Source: Octopus vulgaris (Eukaryota). From it: a stretch of DNA of 64,000 nt. The stretch covers positions 29,016,001-29,080,000 of the forward strand of contig OX597836.1 in NCBI GenBank assembly GCA_951406725.2, read 5' to 3'. Below the pieces are notes generated by a model. It made no database searches. It was not told the DNA's origin and saw only the letters and a program-made list of their open reading frames with translations. Positions 34,384 through 48,305 of the stretch are shown here, piece by piece; within the stretch, counting starts at the first letter, position 1, and each line of letters begins with the position of its first letter. The position numbers were made by a program, and so were the translations under genes.

Positions 34384-34834
34384 TTATTTCTAAGTTGTTT
34401 CTAATTAAGGCACAAGCACAAGTTCTGGAAGTTTGTCAATTAAATCGACCCAAATACTTAACTGGTATTTTATCGACATTGAAGGGACAAGAGTCAAAGT
34501 TGACCTCGGCAGGACTTGAACTCAGACCATAGGCAGAAGAAATATACAAAGCATTATGTCCAATGCTCTAATGAGTCGGCCAATCCACTATCTTTATCAA
34601 GAACAACAAAGAGAAACTTAAATCATGAACAATTTTTATAAACGTCAATTTTTAACAAACTTGGAACAGTATAAATAACAGTGTGGGAAGGGGGGGGGTG
34701 ATTAATTTTCTCTGGGGTAAAATTGGGAGGGTGGGGTTAAGGGGGCAGACTTCAGTTTGAAGTATTTGGTCCCAACATATGACCAGTGTATATTTCTGAA
34801 AATTGTTCTTTTACATGGTTTTGGAGTTAGCAAT

Positions 34835-37800
34835 TTACCTAAGGGCAGATTTTATTTTGCTCAGTTCAGTCTCAAACATTTGGTCGACTTCAGCACTTCT
34901 TTTACATTGTTCCGTCATAAAGTCCGTCCATTCTTTTGACCGCTGTTGACGGCATTCGTCAAGGTAGTCTGTCTGTTAAAAGATAGAAAGAAAGAAGTTA
35001 CACAAATCAGTGTGGAACACAAAAAGATTTAGTGATAATGTTGTTTAGCAGATCTATAAACAAAACCTTTCCAGTCATGACCTTCCTGTCTTTTTTTTCC
35101 TTCTTAATATAGTATATCTAAGAGTATCTTCTATAAGTATATCCTTTAGGACAATAGTGGTGTGGTATGAAAAGTGATTTGGCTGTTATTTCTAGCAGGA
35201 TAAAGCAAATGGCATACAGCTTCTCTTGTTGGGGCGATGATGTATGTTTATATAGATGTGTGGTGGCAGAACTGAAGCCCTCTGGTACATTTGTCTCAAC
35301 TGTACATTAAACCCATTAACATTCAGATTACTCTGTCAATTGTAATATTATTTGATATTGTTTTGAATTGATCATGTATTATCTCATAGCTTTGAGACTT
35401 CAATGATGTGATTGTGTATTTTTAAAATGACATTGTAGGTTGGGTTTGAGAGGCAAGATCTGGCCAGTTTGAACATAAAATAAGTAGAATATTTGGGTTA
35501 GATATGGCTTGTTTAAATGCTAAAAGAGTTAAACATACCACACACACTCAAAAAGAAAGATGACACCAATATCTGGGACAGTTTGTTTTCCCATTGGAAT
35601 AAGAAAAAGAATTAAGGAATATTTTTATTGTTTTTGTTAATTTGAAATATAGAGATTTACAACTATATTTGGTAATTAGGTGGTGAACTAGTAAGAGATT
35701 GCGCTACATATATTTGGTGTCATCTTGTCTAGATTGAGCCCTGGGGATGATACCATGTAAAGAGCTCCTGCACCGGTGCCACATAAAATGCTCCCAGTAC
35801 ACTCTGTAAAGTGGTTGGTGTTATGAAGAGCATCCAGCTGTAGAAACCATGCTGAAATAGACTGGAGTCCAGTGCAGCCTTCTAGCTTGCCAGTTCCTGT
35901 CAAACTGTCCAACCCATGCCAGCATGGAAAACTGACATTAAAAGATGATAATGATGGGATTCAAAAGAAAGAAAAGCAAAACAAGTTCTGTTCATGGTCA
36001 CTGATTTTGAGAGAAAGACACAGTTGAGTAGATCCTTCCTGATAATTATTGAATTACCAGAACAAGCCAGAGTCAATTCTTGGCCAAGTTTCAACTTAGA
36101 ACATAACCATATTTTCCAACATAGAAGTCAAAAAGTAAGTTGACTTATACAGCAAGATGGCTTTGGAGGATCAAAAATTCCATGTGAAATGCAGCAGGAT
36201 TTGGAAAGATAAGGATGATGTTTGAATGTTTACACAACATACTACATTGACTTTTATATCAGAATATACAGTAGTATATAGGCGCAGGAGTGGCTGTGTA
36301 GTAAGTAGCTTGCTAACCAACCACATGGTTCCGGGTTCAGTCCCACTGCGTGGCATCTTGGGCAAGTGTCTTCTGCTATAGCCCCGGGCCAACCAATGCC
36401 TTGTGAGTGGATTTGGTAGACGGAAACTGAAAGAAGCCTGTCATATATATATGTATCTGTGTTTGTTCCCCTAGCATTGCTTGACAACCGATGCTGGTGT
36501 GTTTACGTCACTTAGCGGTTTGGCAAAAGAGACCGATAGAATAAGTACAGGGCTTACAAAGAATAAGTCCCAGGATCAATTTGCTCGACTAAAGGCGGTG
36601 CTCCAGCATGGCCACAGTCAAATGACTGAAACAAGTAAAAGAGTAACAGAGTTCCCATCAGTATTTCCTGTGTTCTACCATCTCTTTAACATAGGCAGAA
36701 AGCTATAAATTTCGAGAGAGTGAAGTATTTAATTTAATCAGCCCCCAGTATTTGACTAGTATTTATAAATTCTTGAAGGTATGGTCAGTCCTCAAAGGGA
36801 CTGAAGGCAAAAACACAGTTAGACTCTGCAAGGTGATTTTCGACAGTGCTCCACTGTTTCTTCAAGAACCAATAATGAAATCACAATATCTTGTAATAGA
36901 TCATTGGGTCACCACTAAAGGATTCACTCAAGAGTCAGTGCACCTATTAGATGTGACAGCAGGCTGTTGATTAATTTTATTACATGTCCAGACTGAGAAT
37001 TTTGGAACCAGAAGTGTCCCAAATTCCTAGATTTTCCAGTTTTCTGGAGCAACCTAAATATATACTTTAAAATATAAAATAAACTATGAGAAGTAAAGAA
37101 CAAAATTGTGTTTAACAGATTCAAATTAGTAAACTTCTAAAGAAGGGTCTGTTTGATATTTATTAATCCTCTTAAAACTCTTAAAGTATATCATACTATA
37201 CCATGTATACAGTACAATGTTTATAGGATGTAAATTAGATGAAGAAAAATAAAGAACATGATTTTATTTAACAGATACAGATACAAATTTATACAATTCT
37301 AAGATAGAATGTTTAATCTTTATCAATCCACTTTAAAAAAGAAAGTAAAGAACAAAACTATTTTAAACACACTTTGCAAATTAACTTCAAAAACAAGGAT
37401 CTGTTCATTTAATACAGAGTACAGTACACTGGACAGAATTACTGGAAGTCAGATAAGAGATCTGGTATTGTACTAAATACAAGGGATAAGTTAGTTGAAA
37501 ATAAGAGTTTTACTAAGAGATGACGCCGTGTTCACACTATCTTCTGAAGTAGGATCACAACAATTCAGAAATGACATTTTACCTCTGGGTGTTTCTTGCT
37601 GCAAATTCTGTCACAGATTTGAGTAGCTGTATTGGCTGCAATAATATTTAGAAGAAAACAATGGACTTAGGACAACAACATTTTGTCAAGACAAGATTTA
37701 AACAAAGAAAACAGTTGGACCATCGGGTCAGTTGTATTAATTGGAGCTGCCAGTTGTGGTTAGTTGGACCAACTGTTCAATTCCAATCAATTCTGACAGC

Positions 37801-40800
37801 TTTGATCATTTGTGTCATTTGAAATGTCAGCTGACTCAACTCTTTTTGTTGCCATGTTTCTGATGAAATACATTGTCTTTGTTTCAATTAGTTTTGAAAA
37901 TGATAAAAGAAATAAGTAAAATTACTGGTGTTTGGTCCGTACTGTTGACTGTGGCTGTGTGGGTAAGAAGCTTACTTCCCAACTATGTGGACTTGAGTTC
38001 AGTCCCACTGTGGAGCACCTTGGGTAAGTGTCTTCAACTATAGCCCCAGACTGACCAAAGCTTTGTATGTGGATTTGGTAGCTGGAAACTGAAAGAAGCC
38101 CATTGCATGCATGTGAGCATGCGTCTATGTTTCTCCCACTCAACTGCTTCACAGCCAGTGTTGGTATGTTTGCATCCCTGTAAATTGGAAGTTTGGCAAA
38201 AAAGACTGACAGAATAAATATGGGGCTTAAGAAGAGTAAGTACTGGGGTAAGTTTGTTCATTTAAGCCCTTCAGGGTGGTGCCCCAGCATGACCACAGTC
38301 CAATGAATGAAACAAGTGAAAGATAAAAAAAAATCTTCAAAAATATTTTTCCTTTGTTACAAAACATCGGTTGGTGCAGGAGAGGAAATGTTAATTGTAT
38401 GATTTAATTAATCTATGTTACTGGTACTAATTAGTTTTGAATTAATATTGATTGAAAGTAAAATTAGCAACACTCGGGACTGATCAATTGGTGACCCTTC
38501 ACAGAGTTCATATAAGATCCACCCCAGTACACCACTGCTGCTGTTACTGCACATACAAATCAATGTCCAATGTGATCAGCTTGTGAGCACGATACAACCA
38601 CTGGCTAACAGATGTACTGTGTCCTGTCTCTGCTTATTTTACCACTGCACTTCTGAAACTGCATACCAACATACAACTCTTTCTCTCTCATCATCTGGGT
38701 CTCAGAGTGCAGATCCTAAACATTTCTCAATTGTTCCTCTCTTCATCTGCAACCATTTAGTTCCCTTCCAGCTACAAATATTCAAATTGAATCCTCACTG
38801 TCATCATCATTTTGATGGTTTGACAGGAGTGGGCAATCTATAAGACTGTGCCAAGCTCAGCTTTCTGATTTGACATGGTTTCTATGGCTGGATGCCCTTC
38901 CTAATGACCACCACTTTAGAGCAGTTTGGTGCAGTTAATTCAGCAACAGACTCAGCTTTGATACATGTCAACAACAAAACTCTGCAAATATCTGAAGACT
39001 TTTTGACTTACTCTTGCTAGCAATATCTGTGAGGCAGATTTCAGCTTGCTGTAGACAACCAGGTAGGTATAGATCTTGCATCAACGACACTTCTTCATTA
39101 CATTTCTGAAGAGTTGTAAAGTCCCGATGACCTCTCTTTTCCTTTGAAGAAAAGAAAAACACATATATATAATATTGATTCACTTTGATTAAATGCTGAT
39201 CTCTTTCTCTCTCTCCATCTACATGTACATTTGAGGGGGTACTGAAAAGTTCCTGGCTTTGAGGAAAAGAAAATAGAAGAGAATCGTTATGATTTTATAT
39301 AATATGTTCCGTTGTCAAGTGGTACCCGCACGAGCGGAAACGACCATTTGGAAGGCCTCCACAACGGTGGAGTTACGATTTCAGGAGGGCAATTGGGATC
39401 ACGTGGTTGAGAAAGACACGATCCAGAGAGGAGTGGACAGCGTGCTGTGACCAGCGGTGTCAAATGGATGCCCGACAGACTGGTCAGTCAAAGTGATATT
39501 CTGCTCTCAGATTCACATACTTATTGCAGTTGTCCTTCATTTTTTCTAAGCTCTGTAAAAGAACTCAGAAGGTTTGACCTCCAGCTAGACCTTTTGCAAT
39601 AGCCCTAAAGCCGGGAACTTTTCATCATCCACTCATCATCATCATCATTTAGCATCTGCTTTCCATGCTGGTATGGGTAAGATGGTTTGACTGGTACTGG
39701 TAAATCGGAGAGCTGCACCAGGTTCCAGTCTTATTTGGCATAGTTTCTACAGCTGGATGCCCTTCCCAATGCCAACCACTCCAAGAGTGTAATGGGTGCT
39801 TTTTACATGTTATCAGCTCAGGAGCTTTTGTGTGCCAGTTACATGACCTCAGCATTGGCCACAACTATGATTTCCCTTGGCTTGATGAGTCTTCTCAAGC
39901 GCAGCATATCGCCAAAGGCCTCAGTCACTTGTCATTACCTCCGTGAGGCCCAACGTTTTGACAGTCATACTTTACCACTTCGTCCCATGCCTTCTTGGGT
40001 CTACCTCACATTTAGAGATGGGTACCTCTTTACACAGTTGTCATGTATGTATCTGTGTAGATTTGTAACCCACTCTGCCTCATCAGGCATTCCCTTACAC
40101 CTCATTCTCCTAACACCCAGCCCCCTTATCACTCCTCTATCTATGGTACTTACTCGGCTGGCTGTAATCCCTCAAGATTCTCCCTGTACCTTCAGATCTC
40201 TCCTCTACCATACTCCATCCTATCAGCTCATATATCTACTAACATTCTCAACACCCTCTCCTGTCCCATGTCATGACCCACCACTCACACCCCTATGTAT
40301 CTCGTTGGATTTGAACTCAGAATGTAATGAATCATGTTTAACATGCTAATGATTCTGTCAGCTTGTTGCCTGAATAATGATAGTAATAATCCTTTCTACT
40401 GCAGGCAGATTGGAGCCTGGTACAGCTTCCTGGTTTGCCAGCCCTCAGTCAAACCGTCCAATCCATGCCAGCATGGAAAGTGGATGTTAAACAACGATGA
40501 CAATGATGATGCACAAGGCCTGAAATTTGGAGGAAGTGGTTAAGTTGATTAGATGGACCCTAGTCTGCAACTGGTACTTATTCATTGATTCCAAAAGGAT
40601 GAAAGGCAAAGTCAACCTTAGCAGAATTTGAACTCAGATTGTAAAGATGCACAAAATGTCACTAAGCATTTTGTCTGGTGTGCTAATGATTCTGCCAGCT
40701 TGCCTTGATGATAATAATAATAATCCTTTCTACTATAGGCACAAGGCCTGAAATTTGGGGGCAGGGGACTAGTTGATTCTATCGACCCCAGTGTTTCACT

Positions 40801-42858
40801 GGTACTTAATTTATCAACCTTGAAAGGATGAAAAGCAAAGTCGACCCTGGTGGAATTTGAACTTAGAATGTCAAGATGGACAATTCTGTCAGCTCACCAC
40901 CTTCAAAGTAAGATATATTAGCTAGAAATGTGGCAGAAGTAAATCTGTTGATGTAGTTGGGATGGTTTACTTATTGGAAAAATAATTTCCTTTTTCTTTT
41001 ATATGTTTTTATGCCTGCCATCACAACTGCTAACCAACACTCCCTTAAAGTAAGAGCCAATCTGTGTAGAATGCAGAGTTATGTGTTTTCTGTGGGGGCC
41101 TTAGCTATAATAATGATAACCCTTTCTACTATAGACACCAGGCCTGAAATTCGGGGGAGGGGTATAGTCGATTAAATTGACCTCTGTGTTCAACTGGTAC
41201 TTAATTTATCGATCCTGAAAGGATGAAAGGCAAAGTCGACCTCGGCGGGATTTGGACTCAGTAAGTAAAGACAGACGAAATGTTGTTAAGCATTTTGCCC
41301 GGCATGCTAACGATTCTGCCAGCTCGTCACCTTAGTAGTAGTAATAATAATAATAATAATCCTTTCTACTGAAGGCACAAAGCCTGACCTTTGGAGGAAG
41401 GAGGGCTTGTCGATTACATCGACCTCAGTGTTTCACTGGTACTTAATTTATCGACCCCAGAAGGATGAAAGGCAAAGTTGACCTTGGCGGAATTTGAACT
41501 CAGGAAGAAAAGTGAAATACTGTTAAGCATTTTATTCGGCGTGCTAACTGCCTCGATAATAATAATAATAACAACAACAACAAACGGAGAGAAAAACTAA
41601 CCAACCTCAAATTCTTTGAAGAAATATAATACATCTCCTTGTAGGACTGGACGGTGGTCATAGAGTCGGCTTTGAATTTCACTCAAGTCTTGAAAATAGA
41701 AACAAGAAAATATCTTATTCGTTGCATAATACACCATCTCCTCTAGTTGAAGGGGAATAAAAGTTGTCTGGAATAACGTTATTCGACAGGGTTTATAGCT
41801 CGGAGATCACAGTGTCTCTACAGCTTGAGCTCCTATTTCTCTGGATTGAGAGGTCACGGCACGGGTATGACGGACATGTAATTAGAATGTGGCAAGAAAC
41901 AATTGCAAGACGGTTTCTTCAAGCTGAGCCAACTGATAGGAGCGATAAGGAGCAGACCTAAGAATGGAAAGTAGTCTATGGATAATATCCATAGTCTCAG
42001 CTTGGGGAATCCAGCTGGAAAGTCTAATGACGGTTGCTTTAGATATGATCCTAAGGAAGACCTGAGGACTCTACCCCGACGACCATCTCAGCAGAAGTAG
42101 TGGGTGGAGATGATGGATAGACGGATGGATTAATAAACAATTGACCCTCCAAGAAATAGCGGACGGAGATGATAGATGAATAAACTCTTGACCCTCGTGG
42201 AAATAGTGGGCGGATGTGATGGATGGATTAATAAACAATTGACCCTCCAAGAAATAGCGGGCGGAGATGATAGATGCCCGATATGGAAAGAACGAACCTA
42301 AGCTCGCGGAAATAGTGGGCGGACGTGATGGATGGATGAATAAACCTTTGACAATCCCGGAAATAGTGGGCGGAGATGATGGATGGATTAATAAACTGTT
42401 GACCCTCCCAGAAATAGTGGGCAGAGAAGATGAAAGGACGGATTATGTTGTTCTATTTGTGTGGACAAAACTTGATGCTTCAAACTTGTTAATACATTAT
42501 GCACAAAAGCAAGTCTACTAAATGCGGGATTAAGTATTTAAATGCATCAAATGATATTATTTTTGTATTTAGGAATGGTCATTTTGCCAGTTTAGCCAAT
42601 AAAAATAAAATAAAGATATTATTTTGTTCCTAGAAATAATAAATCTTTCAAAACTGACGACGTCTGTTTACTTTTAAGATGTTTGTGCGGGTGTTTATGT
42701 GTCTGCATATATGCAGGCGTTAACATCTAAGACGACATAATTTATTGTACGCATAGGTGTGTATATGTATATATATGACAGTAAGTATATTTGTATATAT
42801 GAGTTAACGAAGAGAAACAGAGTTAAAAGTTACCTTTAATCATTAAATCGAAAGCCAT
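34835..42858 (-). CDS. BLOC1S5: Biogenesis of lysosome-related organelles complex 1 subunit 5 (Muted), complete, 142 aa. Coding exons: 42858-42834, 41688-41606, 39141-39012, 37635-37583, 34972-34835
   Basis: Spliced translation MAFDLMIKDLSEIQSRLYDHRPVLQGDVLYFFKEFEEKRGHRDF...TDYLDECRQQRSKEWTDFMTEQCKRSAEVDQMFETELSKIKSALR* matches remembered Muted motifs (IKDLGEIHSRLLDHRPV, FVKEFEEKRG, W..FM.EQ...AEVD). Intron phases are consistent. The exon 4 acceptor is the least certain boundary. Confidence 0.9.
36281..36644 (+). mobile_element. tRNA-derived SINE, near full length. Copies at ~18230-18920 (two), 26830-27075, 37950-38325, 47088-47468, 58900-59270, 59605-60012
   Basis: Head GGCGCAGGAGTGGCTGTG..GTAAG...GGTTCAGTCCC (A/B-box-like), internal TA/TG microsatellite, and 3' tail GGCGGTGCTCCAGCATGGCC.CAGTCAAATGACTGAAACAAGTAAAAGAG. 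Confidence 0.82.
39231..39637. mobile_element. Mariner-like MITE with internal insertion; one similar end at 24288-24360
   Basis: Imperfect inverted termini GAGGGGGTACTGAAAAGTTCCTGGCTTT / AAAGCCGGGAACTTTTCATCATCCACTC. The same terminus TACGAGGGAGTGCTGAAAGTTCCTGGCTTT occurs at 24288. Confidence 0.55.
41750..42130 (+). mobile_element. Decayed RTE-like LINE 3' fragment, homologous to ~3050-3480
   Basis: Alignable by eye with 3100-3480. Peptide GITLFDRVYSSEI...IERSRHGYDGHVIRM...IARRFLQA. Confidence 0.6.
42090..42445. repeat. ~50-bp minisatellite (GAAATAGTGGGCGGAGATGATGGATGGATTAATAAAC..TTGACCCTCC), about 7 units
   Basis: Direct visual repeat in BLOC1S5 intron 1. Confidence 0.85.
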
Positions 42859-44112
42859 GATCTACGATTCGGAAGTAGATGTATGCTTCCACACATGCGC
42901 AGCCGAATCAAGTCTTTTTTTACATCCGGTGCCAGCAGTTATCTTTCGGTGGAGCGATTAAATGTCTCTATCCTCATGTGTTTCACCTTTAGCTGTAATT
43001 ACTCCATTAAAGACATTAAAAATCCCAGTTTTCTTGGCAAAGTGAAATTTAATTTTTATCTTGTAAAGAATTACAATAAGAATAAACAGAATTACAGCGG
43101 CTGGTGTCAGTACCAGATCTTACAGAAGATCCATTTCGTTGGATCTTTTCTTTTTGATGGACGGAATTTTCTAGTTAATTAAACAATTTGAAACTTCGTA
43201 TACTGGAAGAATGTGTCAAAAGAAAACATTATTGTAAACAAAATTGTAATTTGTAAGTTTAACGTAGTTTAATTCTTCGAATTTTAACCAATGAAATCCC
43301 AGCATTTGAGCTCAATTGTCAGAGTGTTTTGCAAAGACCACATGGTCTATATTAAATCGCTGCGCAGTCCGCGCATCGTACATATTTACCAAACCCGTTC
43401 AGTTTCTCGAAAATATGGAACGATACGATCTCTGATACTCTACAGAGAACGACATCAAGAGTTATTTCCCCTACTTATCCTTTATTCATTTGTAACAAAG
43501 AAAACCATTTGGATTCAACCGTCCGCCAGTTTTGAAGTTAACCTAACCAAAATAATGAGTTCGATCCACTCACCCAATGAGTATTTCTGCCAGATTTGGT
43601 GAAAATCTATTCAGTCGTGTTTGCAAACACACAAAAATGAGTGACTAGGATTTTGAACTCAGAACACTGCAAACAAATAGCATTAGGGCATTTTTTTCCA
43701 GTGCCCCTGATGATTCTGTCATTCCCCCATCCTTAAAAGTAACAATTTCGCATCAGCCTTAAAAGTGTGTAGTGAATTCGAAATCGAATCGCTGGGTCAC
43801 TCAGAAGACATCGCAAATAAGCCATAGTAGTTTCACATAATTGGCCTATTAACTAACCAATCAGCATCAAGCCATCACATGATTTAACTTTCTAGAACTT
43901 CCTTATTGGGCCCTATACAAAGGTTGTCTTTTACTAGTAACCCCAGAATGTTGTGTATCAGGACAATTACCCCACTAGGACAAATTCCCCCTGGCGACAA
44001 TTGCCCATCTTGGTTAATTACCCTCTCTCCAATATATTAAGAAGTTTTAAATCATCATCTGTTGTCCTCAGGGGTGGTAAATGTCCTGGACTTGAATGTT
44101 GAGACTGCTGCT

Positions 44113-44480
44113 GTTGCTGTTGAGCGAAGTGGTCTTCATCCCAGTGGGAGAAGTCTGAAATGTGGTCCTTTGCTATTCATAAGACCTGCAGAAGAGAAAG
44201 CAGGTCGACCCTCGACACTGAGAGCATCAACGGATGGATGAATGCGCATACAGGCTCAGTGGTTGCGTAGGAAGTCGGGGACAAGAAACAGGAAGGAAGA
44301 GTGAGAGAAAGTTGGGGCGAAAGAGTATAACAGGGGTCGCCACCACCCCCTGACGGAGCCTCGTGGAGCTTTAGGCGTTTTCGCTCAATAAACACACACA
44401 ACGCTCGGTCTGGGAATTGAAACCGTGATCCTCCGACCGCGAGTCCGCTGCCCTAACCACTGGGCCATTGCGCCCCCACT
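44113..44480 (-). mobile_element. tRNA-derived SINE with 14-bp TSD; related copy at ~30205-30570
   Basis: Minus-strand head GGCGCAATGGCCCAGTGGTTAGGGCAGCGGACTCGC. TSD TTGAGACTGCTGCT at 44099-44112 and 44481-44494. Confidence 0.82.
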
Positions 44481-44608
44481 TTGAGACTGCTGCTCAATGT
44501 CGCCAGACCCATTTTCATCACCAACTGTTGGCAGGTAGAAGGCACAAGTTTTATTGTCATGAATAAAGTGCAAATATTTTCCAGTTGTGACAGGCCAGCC
44601 GTGATTGC

Positions 44609-45124
44609 TATAATAATAATGAAATTATTGTATACAGTGTTCAGGTGCACCACAACTTGTCAGAAAGTGCATATAAAGTACATGCAGTAATGTAGAAATG
44701 TCTGGAAAGCGAACAATGTATGAGTCAGATACATGCTTGTGTGTGTATGGAGGGGAGAAAATCAAGTGTAGTGTTGGCGAATCTCAGGAAGCATGGAAGT
44801 TTTGAAGGATGCAGTGCTCCGACAACTAACAACTGATGCTGGCAGTTTGTTCCATGCTTCAGCAACTCTCAGCGTGAAAAAATGTTTCCTGAAGTCATGG
44901 GAGCTGTGCTGTTTTCTTACTTTGTAAATATGTCCACGGGTGTTAGATGGGTGGAGTTTGAAAAGGTGCTCAGAGTTATTGTTTGTACGATGGTTGATAA
45001 TTTTATGGGTGTCTGCCAAGTCAGCTGCCAGACGTTGGAGTTTCAATGTGTCCATGCCCAGGGAAGTAAGGCGTTCAGGATATGGCAAATGCCTGATGGA
45101 GGGTATTCTTTTGGTTGAACGTCG
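44609..45124 (-). mobile_element. 5'-truncated CR1-clade LINE (RT C-terminus, 3' UTR and (ATT)n tail)
   Basis: ORF 44762-45088 YPERLTSLGMDTLKLQRLAADL...TRGHIYKV...RKHFFTLRVAEAWNKLPASVV carries the classic CR1 ORF2 C-terminal motifs. Confidence 0.85.
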
Positions 45125-47469
45125 CTATATCCATTAAATTGTCGTAGATCCAAGCAGTATGTCTATCCTGGTGTATAAAATTTTGTTTGTATTCTTCATT
45201 CAAAGACCAACACAGAAAACGTTATGTGCAGTAAATAATAAGCTTCTGTTGAGTGTTCATAAGTGTTGTTAGTTCCTTATACAAACAGCTCTAGAAACCC
45301 ATTTTCATTCACCAGCTGCTATCATGATTACCACAATGACCACAACAACACTCATGACAAGTGTGTAATTTTCTATTATAACTTCCAAACATGTTTAAAA
45401 TCCTTTCAAAGAATATTAAGCTGGTTCTGATATTATGACTGGTGCATTGTTGTATCAACCCCAGAAGGATAAAAGTCTAACTTGAGATTTAAACATAAGG
45501 ACTAGGTATATGTGTGGCTGTGTGGTAAAAAGTTTGCTTCTCAACCATATAGTTTCAGGTTCAGTCCCACTGCATGGCACCTTGGGAAAATGTTTTCTAC
45601 TTTAGTCCCAGATCAACAAAAGACTTGTGAGTAGATTTATTAGATGGAAACAGTAAGAAACCAGTTATACATGTATGTATATATTATTTCTGCTATAGGT
45701 GAAAGGCCTGAAATTTTTTATGGGAGAGGTCTAGTAGATTATGTTGACTTCAGTGCACAACTGCTACTTATTTCATTAACCCTCAAAGGATGAAAGGCAG
45801 AATTTGAACTCAGAACATAGTGAATCAGAATAAATGTCATGGAGCATTAATGATTCTGCCTGCTTGCCTTCTTTCTTTGTTAAGTTGTATTCTTTATATT
45901 TCATCACTTTGACTTCTATGTTATATTCCCATGGACAACTATTAGCCTGTCATAACCAAGATACAGCAGACTCGAACAAAATGCCTAGGATATCTCAGTA
46001 TATCTAATGGAACATCCCCTTATTTATGCATGTACCTGATGGGACACAAATTGCACAGACTAATATGCAAGACAATTAGATGCATAAAATTCTACCCATA
46101 ATGGACAGATGCAGGATGAGTCCAAACAATCATCATACTGAATAAAGACTAGTGCCAAATCTCTCTTCTGTTTCCTTCATCAATTATTATTATTATTATT
46201 AGTGTGATCAGTGATAGAGCGGCTAACCAGCTTCAGTGCCAGTGGCACTTAAAAGGCACCATTCGAGCGTGATCGTTACCAGCATTGCCTTACTGGCATT
46301 GAGCCCCGTGCTAGTAGGGTATTAAGAGCACCATCTGAGCGTGATCGTTGCCAGGGCAGCTATCTGGCCTCCGTGCCGGTGGCACGTAAAAGACACTGTT
46401 CAAGCATGATCGTTACCAGCATCGCCTTACTGGCACCTGTGTAAAAGATTCGAGCGAGGTCGTTGCCAGTACCACCTGATTGGCCCCGTGCCGGTGGCAC
46501 ATCAAAGCACCCACTACACTCTCGGAGTGGTTGGCGTTAGGAAGGGCATCCAGCTGTAGAAACTCTGCCAGATCAGGATTGAAGCCTGGTACAGCCATCT
46601 GGTTCGCCAGCCCTCAGTTATTCGTCGAACCCATGCTAGCATGGAAAGCGAACGTTAAATGATGATGATGATGATGATGATCTTTATTTAATTTCGTGAT
46701 TTTTAGAATAATATTTATTAAAATATATTTAAAATCTTTGTATATGATTTATTATTGATAATATTTTTTTTTTTTTGAAAAACCATTCCTTACTGTACAG
46801 AACATTTATAGGTCCACCATCTTAGAAAATCCCTTGACCTGCTAGAAATAGCAGCCAAATCTCAACTGACTATCTTTAAAGTGTAAGGATATATTGCATA
46901 ATACAGTCCTTGATATACAATGCCTGAACAAAAAAAAAAAAGCAAAACAAAACTATAAGATGATTATAACTGTAACAGTTTTGTTCACTGGTCCTTGTTT
47001 GATTGGTATTGATCAAGCCCTATACAACGGTCCCTAAGCAATCAGACTGCCATCTATGTGAAGGAGTGCTTCTCCTTGATTCAGTGCTCTTATACTCTCT
47101 CTTTTACTCTTTTACTTGTTTCAGTCAGTTGACTGTGGCCATGCTGGAGCACCGCCTTTAGTCGAGCAACTCGACCCCAGGACTTATTCTTTGTAAGCCC
47201 AGTACTTATTCTATCGGTCTCTTTTGCCGAACCGCTAAGTAACGGGGACATAAACACACCAGCATCAGTTGTCAAACAATGTTGGGGGAACAAACACAGA
47301 CACACAAACACATACATATATACGACGGGCTTCTTTCAGTTTCCGTCTACCAAATCCACTCACAAGGCTTTGGTCGGCCCGAGGCTATAGTAGAAGACAC
47401 TTGCCCAAGGTGCCACGCAGTGGGACTGAACCCGGAACCATGTGGTTGGTAAGCAAGCTACTTACCACT

Positions 47470-47660
47470 AGCAACAGTTACTTTATCCAACATCATCATC
47501 CAACATACTTTACCCAGCAGTTACTGTATCAAAGTCACTTTATTCAATAGCTATTTTATTAAGCAGGCAGTTTATCCAGTAACTATTATACCCAGAGGCT
47601 ATATTATCCAGCAGTTATTTTATTGAACGGCTTCTTTGTCCAACAGCTACTTTAACCAAC
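47470..47660. repeat. Degenerate ~16-bp tandem repeat (CAGCTACTTTATCCAA-like)
   Basis: About 10-12 diverged units are visible. Confidence 0.65.
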
Positions 47661-47924
47661 ATCCTAAGAAAAACACTGTTAACCTTAGAATATACCTGAT
47701 TCTCTTAAAACTTTTTCAACGATGAAATGTTAGAAATTTAACAGAAACTTATTTCTCAGAATTTGGTCTCCTTTTCCGGTAATATATCCTTGTAAATCAT
47801 AAAGAACACCCATAGTAAAATCTCCATCTTACTGCTGAGGTCTCTGGGTGAAACTTGCAACAGTTAATATAAAACAAATCAATAACAATGTAAAAAAAAA
47901 AAAGAAAAAGAAATAATAATAATG

Positions 47925-47961
<37 letters not shown>

Positions 47962-48246
47962 TAATAATAATCTTTTCTACTATAAGCACAAGGCCTGAAA
48001 TTTTTGGGGAAAGGACGCGACAATTACATCGACCCCAGAGCTCTAGGTACTTTTGTCAACCCAGGAAGGATGAAAAGCAACACTGACCTCAGTGGGATTT
48101 GAACTCAGAACATAAAAGATGGACAAACTGTAGCTAAGCATTATTTTTCTAGTGTGCTATTTTATGTTTTTTTTAATGATGTTTTCATATCATTTTAATG
48201 TTTTCATATTTTGTTTCATAAAACTTATTTTTCCATAATTGTTTCC

Positions 48247-48305
<59 letters not shown>

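Noticed and set aside
39792-40349. Longest ORF in the track (185 aa)
   Set aside because: It runs through retroposon-derived and low-complexity intronic sequence antisense to BLOC1S5, with no recognisable domain.
42090-42445. Regularly spaced repeats superficially resembling a CRISPR array
   Set aside because: Eukaryotic context, contiguous units without unique spacers, and no cas genes.
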